This document shows positions 41,332-51,230 of a stretch of DNA of 64,000 bases, piece after piece (the first letter of the stretch is position 1; each line of letters begins with the position of its first letter). Both the position numbers and the translations under genes were made by a program. Origin of the DNA: an uncultured virus (IMG/VR IMGVR_UViG_3300045257_000098). Its lineage: Duplodnaviria; Heunggongvirae; Uroviricota; Caudoviricetes. Below the pieces are notes generated by a model, which did no database searches, was not told where the DNA came from, and saw only the letters and a program-made list of their open reading frames with translations. The stretch lies in the IMG/VR virus record IMGVR_UViG_3300045257_000098. The stretch is one strand, 5' to 3'.

Positions 41332-43403
41332 TGGCCGAGCAGGACATTCCGCAGACTCAGAACGCGTTTTGGGGCGGTTTATTTAGCGTTCTCGGCCCTA
41401 AGATGTCCATGAACGCCGACAATGCACGGCGTCTTAAAGAACTCCAGGCGTCTACATATCAGCAGGCCATTCAGTCCGGAAGGCTGAGTCCTGAGCAGAT
41501 TGATTATGCTCTGGCCCAGATGGGGAAGATTTACAACGACCCCCAGTCCAAGGCCATGCTGGCCAAACTTCAGAGCGGGGTTCAACAACACATTCAGTCC
41601 CAGGGTCAGCAGGGTCAACCGGGGCAAGGTCAGCCCGGGTCGCCTAGCCCGAGTGGGGCAGGTGGCGCGAGTCCTGGTGGCACCATGATGGCCCAGGCTG
41701 CGCTGCCACCTCCCGTTCCATTGCAACAGCCTCCTGGTGGTGGAGGGCAGGCCCCAGCCAGCCAAGTTACCGGTGGCGGGCCGTTGCCTCCGCCGCAGAT
41801 GCCATCAGCACCTCCGCCATCTCCTGCTCAGGTTTTGCCGCCACCAACCGGAATGTCTCCAGGGAGTGTGTTTGCGAAGGCCTTCCCAAACCCAGAGTCT
41901 CGGGCGGATCTGGTGGATGTGAGAGAGCACCAGCATGAACTGGAGAGCTCCGCGCTCAAGATGCGTCAAGCGGCCGAGATCGCCAGGGACGAAGGGACTA
42001 AGGATTTTGAGATCTGGCTCAAACGGGGACAAGCTGTTTTGGGGCCGAATGCCAATCCCCGAGACTTGGCGGAGTATGCGGCCAACCAGGGCAAGAAACT
42101 TCCACCTATTCCCCGGCCGCATAACCAAAAGGAAGTTCTATTCACTCTGCCTGGATCGGAGGATCTCCACCCGGGTTGGGAAGACCCGCAGAACCCTGAA
42201 AGCGGAGTCCTGGATTCCACTACCGGTGTACATTACCAGGCGGGAGAGTATACCAAGAAAGATCGAGGGCTGGCACTGGCCGAAGAGCGCGGCAAGTACT
42301 GGGGCCCATTCGGAAATTACTACCGCGCGGCGAAAGGAAAAGGAGCTTCCGACGAGGATGCTAGGGCTACTGCCGCACAGATGGTATTTAAGGACTATGG
42401 GGTCAGGATTGGCCGGCAGGAACAGCAGATGGCTATCGACTCCAAGCTATCTGGTGGCGTAGGTGGGGCCGATATGCCAAAACTCCAAACTGCTCCCCCC
42501 AAAACTGGATCCGCTCCAACTTCCAAGCCCGCGACCAATGGAACAAATGGAACGGCCGCTGGTGTGGCTGGGGCTATGCCCAGAGCCAATCGGGTTCTAT
42601 CTGCGCCGACGCCGGACAACCCATTTGGCCTTAGCCAGCGGGATATCGACTCGGCCAACTATTTCATCGGCGTACAGACGGGGGCTCAGAAGGGCACAGG
42701 GAAAGCCGCCGTTCAGTCGATTGATGGCCAAAAGGTTCTGGCTCGTGTGGGCGTTACTCCAGAGGATTTGACAGCCCGTCAGGAACAGCGAACGGCCGCT
42801 AGGAAAACCATCGACAAGTTGGCCCCAATTGCAGAGGCTGTGTCGGCTTTGGACAACTCCTTGGAACGTCATTCTAAACTTCTGATGAACCTTCGTCCGC
42901 AGTTGCCTTCTACCGACATCTCCAAATTAAACGAATGGTTGCAGAGCGGAGCGAGAGAGTTCAACGTAAAGGGGCTGAGTGCTCCTGCGATTCAATACGG
43001 TATCGCCCTTCAAGCCGTGCGCAACGAATACGCGAGGATCATTGAAGGATCAGGTGCGTCCATTGCCGGGACTTCAGTGCAATCTCTCAAGGACGCTGGC
43101 GACAAGATGCGCGGCGGGTTCACTACTGGGAACACGCAGGCCATGCTCCAGATGATCGATGCCGAGGCCAAGAACAAATACGGCGGTTACGGTGATAAAC
43201 TGCGGGAACTCCAGCAGCGTATGTCCCAGCCACTTGTTCCGGAATTGAAGGGCGGCAAGTATGAGCCCGTGGTCCCGACCATTCCTCCGCCCGTCAACAC
43301 CAGTGGAGTTGGAGGCGCTGTTCGCACCCAAGCGGATTTTGACAAGCTCCCAAAGGGCGCAGTCTACATAGGGGAAGACGGCAAAAAGTACCGCAAGCCG
43401 TGA
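41331..43403 (+). CDS. putative ejection protein
   Basis: 690 aa helical with Pro/Gln/Gly linker; C-terminal DFDKLPKGAVYIGEDGKKYRKP motif. Confidence 0.6.
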   Translation: MAEQDIPQTQNAFWGGLFSVLGPKMSMNADNARRLKELQASTYQQAIQSGRLSPEQIDYALAQMGKIYNDPQSKAMLAKLQSGVQQHIQSQGQQGQPGQGQPGSPSPSGAGGASPGGTMMAQAALPPPVPLQQPPGGGGQAPASQVTGGGPLPPPQMPSAPPPSPAQVLPPPTGMSPGSVFAKAFPNPESRADLVDVREHQHELESSALKMRQAAEIARDEGTKDFEIWLKRGQAVLGPNANPRDLAEYAANQGKKLPPIPRPHNQKEVLFTLPGSEDLHPGWEDPQNPESGVLDSTTGVHYQAGEYTKKDRGLALAEERGKYWGPFGNYYRAAKGKGASDEDARATAAQMVFKDYGVRIGRQEQQMAIDSKLSGGVGGADMPKLQTAPPKTGSAPTSKPATNGTNGTAAGVAGAMPRANRVLSAPTPDNPFGLSQRDIDSANYFIGVQTGAQKGTGKAAVQSIDGQKVLARVGVTPEDLTARQEQRTAARKTIDKLAPIAEAVSALDNSLERHSKLLMNLRPQLPSTDISKLNEWLQSGAREFNVKGLSAPAIQYGIALQAVRNEYARIIEGSGASIAGTSVQSLKDAGDKMRGGFTTGNTQAMLQMIDAEAKNKYGGYGDKLRELQQRMSQPLVPELKGGKYEPVVPTIPPPVNTSGVGGAVRTQADFDKLPKGAVYIGEDGKKYRKP

Positions 43404-43406
43404 CCG

Positions 43407-44534
43407 ATGGCCGACAAATTTGGCGGCATCCCGGTAGATGAGAACCAAGGCACCGATAAGTTCGGCGGTGTAGCAGTTGAAGAAGCTCCTCCGGCGGGGC
43501 AGTTCGGTAGACCAACTACTCCGACACCACAGATGTCAGATTTTCTGAAGGCCACAGGCGGACCTATGGGTCCAGTGCTTGCCGGTCCAGTTCTTCCCAA
43601 TGAGACGCAACTGCTATCCATGGCCCTAGGTACGGCAGGTGGGACTATTGCTGGTACCGGTGCCCGCGCAGCCGCCAAGCGCTTCGGTGCGCCGGATGAC
43701 GTGGCAAACGTAATTGGAGGCATTGCTGGAATCGGTGGCGGTCTGCTAACTGGATTTAGGGGTAATTTGCTTACCAGGGCATTTAAGTCGCGCAGTAATC
43801 CAGAAATTTGGGCGGCTCTCAAGAACGTGGTCTTGAATAAAAAGGGGCTGGGAGGATGGGCAGACTTAGAAACTGCGATGAACCCTCCACCGCAGGCTCC
43901 CGTACCATTCAAGCCTTCAGCTACCACGGCGCGTTCAATGGGTAAGTATGGAGGCCCAGCGGATCCAGGATATGGTGAACCCGGTACGATCATTCCTCGA
44001 AAGGGTTTTACTCCTCCGAACGAGCCACCCAACACGCCATTCCCAAAGGGAAAAGGAACCGGAACAGACTACGGTGGCCCTACTAATCCGTATGCCAACC
44101 CCCCGGGAACCACAATCCCGCGTGGAAAATTCAGTGCTCCTACTGAGCCTCCATCGACGCCCTACCCTCCCGGTAAGGGCACTGGAACCAAATATGGCGG
44201 CTCTGAGAATCCATACGGTGGTCCATCATATCGGAGTGCCCCAGGAAAGGGAAAACTAACAGCACCCACCACTACTGGTGAGGCGCCCGCCTCTCAGCCT
44301 TCCGATGAAGCACTAGCCACAGCCAATGAGATCGATACGAATCGTTTGGCTAAAGTGAACGATATCGCTGGAGAACTGAAGAAAGCTGGGATCACTAGGG
44401 CCAAAGCAGAGGCCGAACTGTCCACCCCGGCTCAGAGGAAAGCCGTTGTGGCCGAGATCAATAAAGCCAAAGGAACCAAGTACTCGGGCATATCCGATAT
44501 CTCTTGGAAAAAAATCCTGAAAGCGTTGGAGTGA
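43407..44534 (+). CDS. putative ejection protein with internal repeats
   Basis: Duplicated DKFGG N-motif, Gly-rich hydrophobic helices, ~41-aa YGGP...GKGTGT repeats. Confidence 0.55.
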   Translation: MADKFGGIPVDENQGTDKFGGVAVEEAPPAGQFGRPTTPTPQMSDFLKATGGPMGPVLAGPVLPNETQLLSMALGTAGGTIAGTGARAAAKRFGAPDDVANVIGGIAGIGGGLLTGFRGNLLTRAFKSRSNPEIWAALKNVVLNKKGLGGWADLETAMNPPPQAPVPFKPSATTARSMGKYGGPADPGYGEPGTIIPRKGFTPPNEPPNTPFPKGKGTGTDYGGPTNPYANPPGTTIPRGKFSAPTEPPSTPYPPGKGTGTKYGGSENPYGGPSYRSAPGKGKLTAPTTTGEAPASQPSDEALATANEIDTNRLAKVNDIAGELKKAGITRAKAEAELSTPAQRKAVVAEINKAKGTKYSGISDISWKKILKALE

Positions 44535-45469
44535 CACTCTCCGCTCCGTCCCTCACCACCTGGGACCGATGCGACCGTAGATGGATCTTCGAGCAGCACT
44601 GGCGCCCTCGTCGATGGCACCCCAAGGTTCTGTTCGACAAGGTTCTCCGAGGTGCCATACTCGCCCTGTCCAGCGGTGTCGATAAGACCAAGGTCTCGCT
44701 GGGCGCTGTAACCGAGTTCCAGCGAATCGCAGCGGATCCTGGCCTCGATCTACTCACCGACCCGTGGACTTTGGCTGGGGATTACTGCGCGATGCTGCGG
44801 ACCATCGTGGAGAAGGTTTCACGTGGAACACTGCTGACCATCAGGCCAGGGCCAAAGATTGATCTGGGAGGCCTGGAATGGCAAGCTACGGCATTCCAGG
44901 ATGAGTCCAGCACACTGCACCGCTGGGCTACGGTTGAATCCATCGACCCCGATACTCTCGCGCGCGAACTCCACTCCTGGGCCGTCTTTGGGGATGTAGC
45001 GGCGGCTGGCGTGCCGATGGTCCTACACTTGGTCGAGATTGGAACAACTAGAAACGGTCATCGCCACTCGCCATGGTGCCGGATCTACAAGCATCCCGCC
45101 ATCCCCGGGCGATACAAATTCAGGAGCGTCCAAGGGCGCAAACTGGCTGGCGGATGGGAGCCCAAGTGGCTCTCGCAGATGCGAGATTTTGACATTAGCC
45201 TGTGGGTGGACCTGATGGATCATGACGAACTTCAACTGGTGCAGCACTTCCAGGTGAAACAACCGCCCACAGAGGCCGTGGAGCGGTGGAAACTCCAACT
45301 GAAAGAGGAGGTCCGCTGGATGGACCCGGGAACTAATCCATTCATGATCCTGGGACGCCGTGGAAGCTGCGACTGGCCTGTGATATGCCCGTGGCAGTGG
45401 TGCTGCTTTTCTCCGGAGCCATATAAACTGGAACGGTTCGGAGATTTAGGGTGTACAATCGCGTCATGA
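44531..45469 (+). CDS. PD-(D/E)XK / Cas4-like nuclease-fold protein, possibly inactive
   Basis: LSAPSLTTWDRCDRRW N-terminus and C-terminal C-x5-CPW-x3-C (Fe-S staple pattern); no clear D..(D/E)xK. Confidence 0.5.
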   Translation: MTLSAPSLTTWDRCDRRWIFEQHWRPRRWHPKVLFDKVLRGAILALSSGVDKTKVSLGAVTEFQRIAADPGLDLLTDPWTLAGDYCAMLRTIVEKVSRGTLLTIRPGPKIDLGGLEWQATAFQDESSTLHRWATVESIDPDTLARELHSWAVFGDVAAAGVPMVLHLVEIGTTRNGHRHSPWCRIYKHPAIPGRYKFRSVQGRKLAGGWEPKWLSQMRDFDISLWVDLMDHDELQLVQHFQVKQPPTEAVERWKLQLKEEVRWMDPGTNPFMILGRRGSCDWPVICPWQWCCFSPEPYKLERFGDLGCTIAS

Positions 45470-45876
45470 TCGGCCGTTTTTCTGCCTTAGTTGGGATCGT
45501 GACGCTCTCTGCTATTGCACTTTCGCAAGTAGTGGCACCCAAACCCGCTGCCAAGTCCACCGGTCCAATCAGAGCGCTCGTCACACCCCACTCCAACGCT
45601 TTAAGTTGGTTAGCTGGGGTAGGCGGTGATCCAGCACAGGGATTTCACGTTTGGAAATCTTCTACAAGCGGTGCTTATGGATCCACGCCGCTAGCTGCCA
45701 CATCAGCGACCACGTTAACCTACACCGATCTAGCCGTGGTCGCAGGCCAGACAAACTACTACGTCATAACGGCGTACAACATGACAGGAGATTCGGCGCC
45801 AAGTAACCAAGTTACTTGCGTCACGCCCTTTCAAATCCCACCCCCGCCGACAGGGTTGTCTGGCGCAGTGAACTAA
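45466..45876 (+). CDS. secreted fibronectin type III domain protein
   Basis: Signal MIGRFSALVGIVTLSAIALS-Q; LSW...YTDLAVVAGQTNYYVITAYN...SAPSN; TACAAT-N6-ATG. Confidence 0.75.
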   Translation: MIGRFSALVGIVTLSAIALSQVVAPKPAAKSTGPIRALVTPHSNALSWLAGVGGDPAQGFHVWKSSTSGAYGSTPLAATSATTLTYTDLAVVAGQTNYYVITAYNMTGDSAPSNQVTCVTPFQIPPPPTGLSGAVN

Positions 45877-46704
45877 ATGAGAAGTCGCATAGCCGCCACA
45901 ATAATGGCCGTGACGTTTGCTGCAATAGCAACGATGGCTCAGGGATTAACCCAAGAGGAGCAGTGGGCTACACAATTGGCTATTTACCACTCTCAGGATT
46001 GGCTCTCGTGGTGGCAGAAATCCCCACTCGATAACACGCTAACCGAACCATTTGAACCTGGCCCTAGGCCTCTGCTTGGACTGCCTATCTACTGGTCACC
46101 AGAGCCTAAACCGTCGGAGCCACCATTCGAACCTGAACAGCCACCGATCAGGGTCAACTTGGCACAGATTACAACTGGGCCAAGGGCTATGGTCTCGCTC
46201 TCTCCTGGCCTGAATATCGGCCGAGGGGTCTGGTCATGGCGTGGCACGGCCTGCAACATGACAGACGTGGCACAGCACGTGGACCAGGGAGACTTGGAAC
46301 AGATCGCCAACGGCGCCGGCATCCCCACCATCGGCTATGGCGAGGCCTCGGTGAGCAATCAACTGTTCATCAACAAGTCCCGTCCTGTCGTAGGATCCCA
46401 GATCGTTCAGGGAGCTAGCGGACTCGGGACCGTGCTTATCGCCAGCCGGGTCATAGCGGCCAGCGGCGTATGGGGAGCAGCATTCGGTGGGGCTTTCTAT
46501 GCGGCAGGAGAACTAGTAAAATACTTTAAGTCGGTGACGCCGGCTGATTTGGCCCAGAGGTTCGCAGGCACTACGATACTGGTGGATAATCTAACGGCTA
46601 CCCTGGGGCCGAGGAGTGGCCCGAACCATTGCGCCAGTTGGGAGTTCTTTGCGCGGAACTCCGGCAAGAACGCCATCGCCAAGGCCGGGATACCGCTCTA
46701 CTGA
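45877..46704 (+). CDS. exported/membrane protein of unknown function
   Basis: Signal MRSRIAATIMAVTFAAIATMA-Q; internal hydrophobic hairpin. Confidence 0.55.
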   Translation: MRSRIAATIMAVTFAAIATMAQGLTQEEQWATQLAIYHSQDWLSWWQKSPLDNTLTEPFEPGPRPLLGLPIYWSPEPKPSEPPFEPEQPPIRVNLAQITTGPRAMVSLSPGLNIGRGVWSWRGTACNMTDVAQHVDQGDLEQIANGAGIPTIGYGEASVSNQLFINKSRPVVGSQIVQGASGLGTVLIASRVIAASGVWGAAFGGAFYAAGELVKYFKSVTPADLAQRFAGTTILVDNLTATLGPRSGPNHCASWEFFARNSGKNAIAKAGIPLY

Positions 46705-47018
46705 TGCGCTATAAACTGATCGAGGTTCCCGAAGATCCGCTTCACCCTAGATTCAACCTGTCTACATACTTAGCGGGGCACAAGACTTATCTGGTATTGG
46801 CGGTAAGCGCTGCCAAGGTTTGGTATGTAGCCACTTATGGACATCCGTGGAGCGACCAGGTGGACAACGCCATCAACGATACGCTGGCACTGCTCGGAGT
46901 GGCCAGCCTGCGAAGTGCTCTCAAAAGTTCCACGGCACAGATATCGAATGCTGTAGTCAATCCCGCTAGTCCGGTGGCTAAGGCTGTGGCGGCGCAAGCG
47001 CAGCCGCCTCCTGCTTGA
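46704..47018 (+). CDS. putative holin
   Basis: LAGHKTYLVLAV...LALLGVASLRSALK two-helix pattern; last gene of the late strand. Confidence 0.5.
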   Translation: MRYKLIEVPEDPLHPRFNLSTYLAGHKTYLVLAVSAAKVWYVATYGHPWSDQVDNAINDTLALLGVASLRSALKSSTAQISNAVVNPASPVAKAVAAQAQPPPA

Positions 47019-47851
47019 GCTTTAATCTGTCTTCCTGTAATTTTTCATTGATACAAGTAAGCATGTGTGAAATACCCTTTTGGTATTCCAGTCGCTTTTC
47101 CAGAGCCTCTTTAGCCGCGCTTAGATCTATTACTGCCTGAGCGAGAAGGGGAGCCACGGTTGCGAAATATCGCCCATCTGACGGATGATGATTCGGAATC
47201 TCTCGCGCAACGGTTAGGATATCAGAATCTTTTGGCATCGCTTGGCTCCTTTGCGAGTGCGGCGCGGGCTTCGTCATTTATACCCTACATACCAGTGAGT
47301 CCTTAACTTTGGCTTGGTCATTTGCCCAGTTCTTCCAGCCGCACGGCGGTCACCCAACATTCGCAACGCGGGCACTCAAACCCACCAGCCGCCAAAATCT
47401 TTGGCGCCCATAGATTATCGTATCCGCAACGCGGGCACTGGATCTTATTTGCTGAATACTCGCCATAGAACGACCCATCTGCTTGTTTACCTGGGGTCAC
47501 TTTGCAACCTCCTTCAGTTCCTCCAGCCGCTTGCGGAGAAACTGTTCGTGTTTTGCCCACCAATCCGGTAAGTTATCTTGGCTGACAAACACATTCTTCA
47601 GGTTCTCCATCTCTTCTGCCTTACCTTCCCACCTAGCGCGTTCGAGGGCTTGGGCGATCTTGACGGAGCACCACCCGTTATCAAATTCGGCTCGATTTAG
47701 TGGCCCGCAATTTACACAGTGATCTACTACAGACCATGGATCTTTTGACCCCTTACGCTCATGCCCCCAGTCCGTCTCCCGCGCCAGCTTATCGTAGTCC
47801 ACGCCCGCCTTCGGTGCGCTCATGCCGTCCCTTTTCTCGCCCCGCGATACG

Positions 47852-48274
47852 TTATGAGGCATGGTAGAAGCGAATCGCCCCCAATTGAATCGTTAAGTTG
47901 TATAGCGAGAACCACGATTGATTAGCCCGCACCTCTTCCAACATAGCCGGTGGGAAACTCTCGTAGAAGATCGCTCCTCCAGTTGGATCGGTGCCGGGAT
48001 TTTCCACCACGTCGCAGCACTCGATCCAAGCCTGCCAGTCCTGAGGCTGTGACCTCCGGGGAAACTTCCAGGAATTGGGGTCTGTGACCGACATAGAGGA
48101 GAACTGATGAGGAGCCAGCACCACATCCTCAATGCCGCGCATTGCGGCCCCGTCAGCGAATCGGTTGCGGATTACCCATGCTACCCCCTGCTTTGCTGCT
48201 CTGGACTCGCCACGGGCCTCTCTCCACACGCAGAGGGCCATCATGAAATTGCCGTAATCGTCGATCAGGCTCAC
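47852..48274 (-). CDS. cell wall hydrolase, SleB/Hydrolase_2 family (endolysin candidate)
   Basis: ALCVWREARGES, VAWVIRNR, VLAPHQFSSM, DPTGGAIFY, GAIRFY. Confidence 0.88.
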   Translation of the reverse strand: MSLIDDYGNFMMALCVWREARGESRAAKQGVAWVIRNRFADGAAMRGIEDVVLAPHQFSSMSVTDPNSWKFPRRSQPQDWQAWIECCDVVENPGTDPTGGAIFYESFPPAMLEEVRANQSWFSLYNLTIQLGAIRFYHAS

Positions 48275-48483
48275 TTGGTTTTCCTCTTTCGTCCCATCGC
48301 CAGTTCCTTCTCTCGCTCTTTGCGGATGCGGTACGGACTCCATACCGGCAGCTCATGATCCCGTATCCATCGGCTCCGCATCCGCTCCAGCCGCCTATGT
48401 TCCTGCGCCGCTCTCTGCTTCCATCTCCGCTGATGCAGCCGATGCTTGACCGCAGACGGCCATTGGGATGCCCATGCCATTAC

Positions 48484-48780
48484 TTAGTCCCCCCTGACAT
48501 ATTTCTCCAACTGTTTCTGTGCCATACGCTTGTCGATATTTTCAGATAAGCATGCGCCGTCTCCTAGACATACCGCCCACGGATTTTTATTCAAATGGAA
48601 AATGTCACCCAAAACTTTCCCATTTACCGGGCAGTAATACACCATTTCTTCACCATCAGGAAGATACGGGACTACTATCCATACAGGTTCCTGGCCACAG
48701 GTGTCTCCTTGCAGTCTCCTTGAACAAGCCAGCAGAAACATTGAGATCAGAATCCCGCTCAGGATGCCAGGCTTACTCAT
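48484..48780 (-). CDS. putative lipoprotein
   Basis: MSKPGILSGILISMFLLA-C lipobox-like signal. Confidence 0.5.
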   Translation of the reverse strand: MSKPGILSGILISMFLLACSRRLQGDTCGQEPVWIVVPYLPDGEEMVYYCPVNGKVLGDIFHLNKNPWAVCLGDGACLSENIDKRMAQKQLEKYVRGD

Positions 48781-49150
48781 GCGTTCTCCTTCTTATTCTC
48801 CAGCCAACGCCCTATACTGCCGCACCATGTCGTCAAAGTCCACAGCCGTCATGTTCACAGGCCAATAATAGTTGTTCAGCTCGTCCAGCTCGGCGGAGTT
48901 CAACTGGTGCCCCTTCGGATATAGCGGGCGGACAACGGTGAACCCGTTACCAACGTAAGTAAAGGTGCCGAATCCACCTACACCATGTTCCAGCGTGAGA
49001 TTGCCCCTAGCCACAGGCTTCTGTGGCTGGTCTGGAACAAACGCTGCCGTGGCTTTCATGTCCGAGTCGGAAGTGGTTTGGGCAGCCATCCACAGAAGAC
49101 TGGCACCCGTGAGGGTAAAGATCGCGATAAGTGTTTTCATTTTCATTCTC

Positions 49151-49945
49151 CTACGGGCAATATACATGCCAGCTATACGCAGATTGCAGAGTCCCACCCC
49201 CGATTGGTGAAGTTTCATTCGGCCCACACATGCCATTCAGGCCGTTGAGCATGACGTTCCTGGCGGTTGTGTTCGTGGTGCTAGGGTTCTTCATGTCAAA
49301 CTCAAGCCCATCCGGGTGTGCCTCGGTACTGGTGTTTGGCACCCAACTTCCCGGAGGACTCACGTCTAAGTCTCCGCCCCAAGGTATGGACATGCGAATT
49401 AAAGCTACACCACCAAGGACTGTGGACCATCCGGATTGATACCAAATGTCCGCAAGCCCATGAATCGCTATGTTCACATGTCCTTGCGCATACAAATGAA
49501 GGTTGCTGTGCCCAGAATCTGGAAAGGTAGATAGCGGCGCCATTCCTGGAACAGTGGTAATGGCTTGCATTCCGCCGACCAATGCGTTGACTGTGACCCG
49601 CGCGACCACTCCACCACCGGAAAAGTACACCGTGTATACTCCAGCGAAATACGGAACCAAGCAATTTGCCCGCGCGCATCCATCCCCACCCGTAACGCCA
49701 GTGGTCGAATACAGCGTGATGTTCGGCGCGGTTCCACCAGAATGGTAGTGGTAGCCTGATGGCGTGCCGCGTGCACCTAGCGTGAATGTGACAGGCACGC
49801 CAGTGGCAGGCCTGCCGTTGCCGTATGTCAAGCATCCAGTTATATTCCCGCCTGTACCGGGGATGACGTTGATTGTGGAATCGGTCGCAAGCAGACACAA
49901 CGTAGCTTGCGAAAAAAGAAGTAGCGTGAACAGCGTTTTATTCAT
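49151..49945 (-). CDS. secreted Ig-like + LAS-type (MepA/M15-like) metallopeptidase candidate
   Basis: Signal peptide; MSIPWGG, H-x6-D (HPDGLEFD), terminal WHV. Confidence 0.5.
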   Translation of the reverse strand: MNKTLFTLLLFSQATLCLLATDSTINVIPGTGGNITGCLTYGNGRPATGVPVTFTLGARGTPSGYHYHSGGTAPNITLYSTTGVTGGDGCARANCLVPYFAGVYTVYFSGGGVVARVTVNALVGGMQAITTVPGMAPLSTFPDSGHSNLHLYAQGHVNIAIHGLADIWYQSGWSTVLGGVALIRMSIPWGGDLDVSPPGSWVPNTSTEAHPDGLEFDMKNPSTTNTTARNVMLNGLNGMCGPNETSPIGGGTLQSAYSWHVYCP

Positions 49946-50031
49946 TCTTTCCTTTCAATCGCGTACACTTTTAGACATAAATCTGCCTTGGGCTCTTCTC
50001 TCGGCCTTCCCATTGGGGTATACTCTATAGC

Positions 50032-50237
50032 TGAGGGTGTTCAGTGGTTCTGGTTCTAGCCTGAGCCAATTAAGCTAGAACCTCAAGGTCTTTACCCTGG
50101 GTCTGGACCCCAGGAGCCTCCGCTCACCGTGGCAGCACGGCTGGGTCTCCACTGAACACCATCAACAACTCGTTGCTCCTCCGTCCCAAGTAACGCTCGT
50201 GACAAAGCTGAGGAGCGCTGTGCGAGACTCCCACAGC
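50032..50237. ncRNA. candidate structured RNA or structured DNA element
   Basis: 12-bp perfect closing stem (50036-47/50149-60) around three hairpins, plus two further stems. Confidence 0.4.
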
Positions 50238-50239
50238 AG

Positions 50240-50632
50240 CTATCGTGCATTTTTCCTTCTCCACTGATCTGCATCTGGCCCCGCTGATACTGTAGGGGAC
50301 GCTGGAGAAGTCAAATACTCGCCGTCTTCTGTGATTTCTTTTCGTGCCTGAAAGTTCGTGCCGAGCAGTTCAAATTCTCCGCTATAAGCCAGAACATCGT
50401 TCCACCTATAGCCATTCAGCCACGTAGCGGCGTGTGGACGGAAATCTGGCTTGCGTTTCATCATGTGGCAGTACTGTAATCGGAGGCCATCCATGATCTC
50501 GGAGAAAATTTCCTCCGAACGCACGATCTTCAGCCAGGCCTTGAAAGCGTCCTTCTTGGCCACTTTGCGCCAGTATATGGTCCAGAACAGGTAGAACCAC
50601 TCAACTTTTACTTCAATCGGAATATCGTTCAT
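50240..50632 (-). CDS. replication initiator/replisome-organiser C-terminal-like protein
   Basis: FWTIYWRKVAKKDAFKAWLK...PHAATWLNGYRWND motif. Confidence 0.65.
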   Translation of the reverse strand: MNDIPIEVKVEWFYLFWTIYWRKVAKKDAFKAWLKIVRSEEIFSEIMDGLRLQYCHMMKRKPDFRPHAATWLNGYRWNDVLAYSGEFELLGTNFQARKEITEDGEYLTSPASPTVSAGPDADQWRRKNAR

Positions 50633-50745
50633 AGCGCGCTCCTCTATAACGCGATTGGGCTGGTGCTGGGATAGAGGCCCAGCACCGTAGACCGCCCAAA
50701 TCTCTGGCACAACGGAGGATCAGTCCGACTACATGCACCGCAGAT

Positions 50746-50774
50746 ATAGTAACTCTACTACGTGCGTGAATCAA
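50746..50774 (-). promoter_or_regulatory. sigma70-like promoter for the replication gene
   Basis: TTGATT-17-TACTAT on the - strand, followed by a leader hairpin (50655-50699). Confidence 0.55.
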
Positions 50775-50792
50775 GATAAATTTCCACGAGGT

Positions 50793-51230
50793 TCATTTAA
50801 CCCCAAACGACAGCCGCACGAACCCGGCAAAGTTGACATATTTATCAAACCATTCCGCTACCAGTCCGCGCGCTCTCATCTCAGCCATGAATTTGATCTG
50901 AGCGGCACTGGGTTTTTTGCCCTCTCCCTTGAACTCTGCCATAAAAACCAGTGCACTTCCTGTAGCTTGTACCGACCATTGCGTCCGCAGAAATAGCCAG
51001 TCGCACATGCCCTTCTCGCCAATGGTCATGGCTACACTGCCATCCCGGCGCCGCATCAGGCCTCGCTGGAGCCGGATCGCCTTCCAGCCGTGGGCTTCCA
51101 TCAGTTGCACGCACTGTTTGGTGACATCGGCTTCTTTGAGCCTAGATTTCACGCGCGATTTCATTGGATGTGGACGGCGTACCATTGCGCCGTTTAGCTT
51201 GCGGTATTGGGATTCGGTGAGGCGGATCAT
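50793..51230 (-). CDS. VRR-NUC domain nuclease
   Basis: EADVTKQC, GEKGMCDWLFL, FMAEFKGEGKKPSAAQIKF. Confidence 0.85.
   Translation of the reverse strand: MIRLTESQYRKLNGAMVRRPHPMKSRVKSRLKEADVTKQCVQLMEAHGWKAIRLQRGLMRRRDGSVAMTIGEKGMCDWLFLRTQWSVQATGSALVFMAEFKGEGKKPSAAQIKFMAEMRARGLVAEWFDKYVNFAGFVRLSFGVK

Noticed and set aside
44531..45469. CRISPR-Cas system
   Set aside because: Lone Cas4-like fold; no repeat-spacer array or other cas genes seen
50032..50165. tRNA gene
   Set aside because: Cloverleaf-like but too long, with no TTC T-loop or D-loop consensus; no tRNA recognised elsewhere
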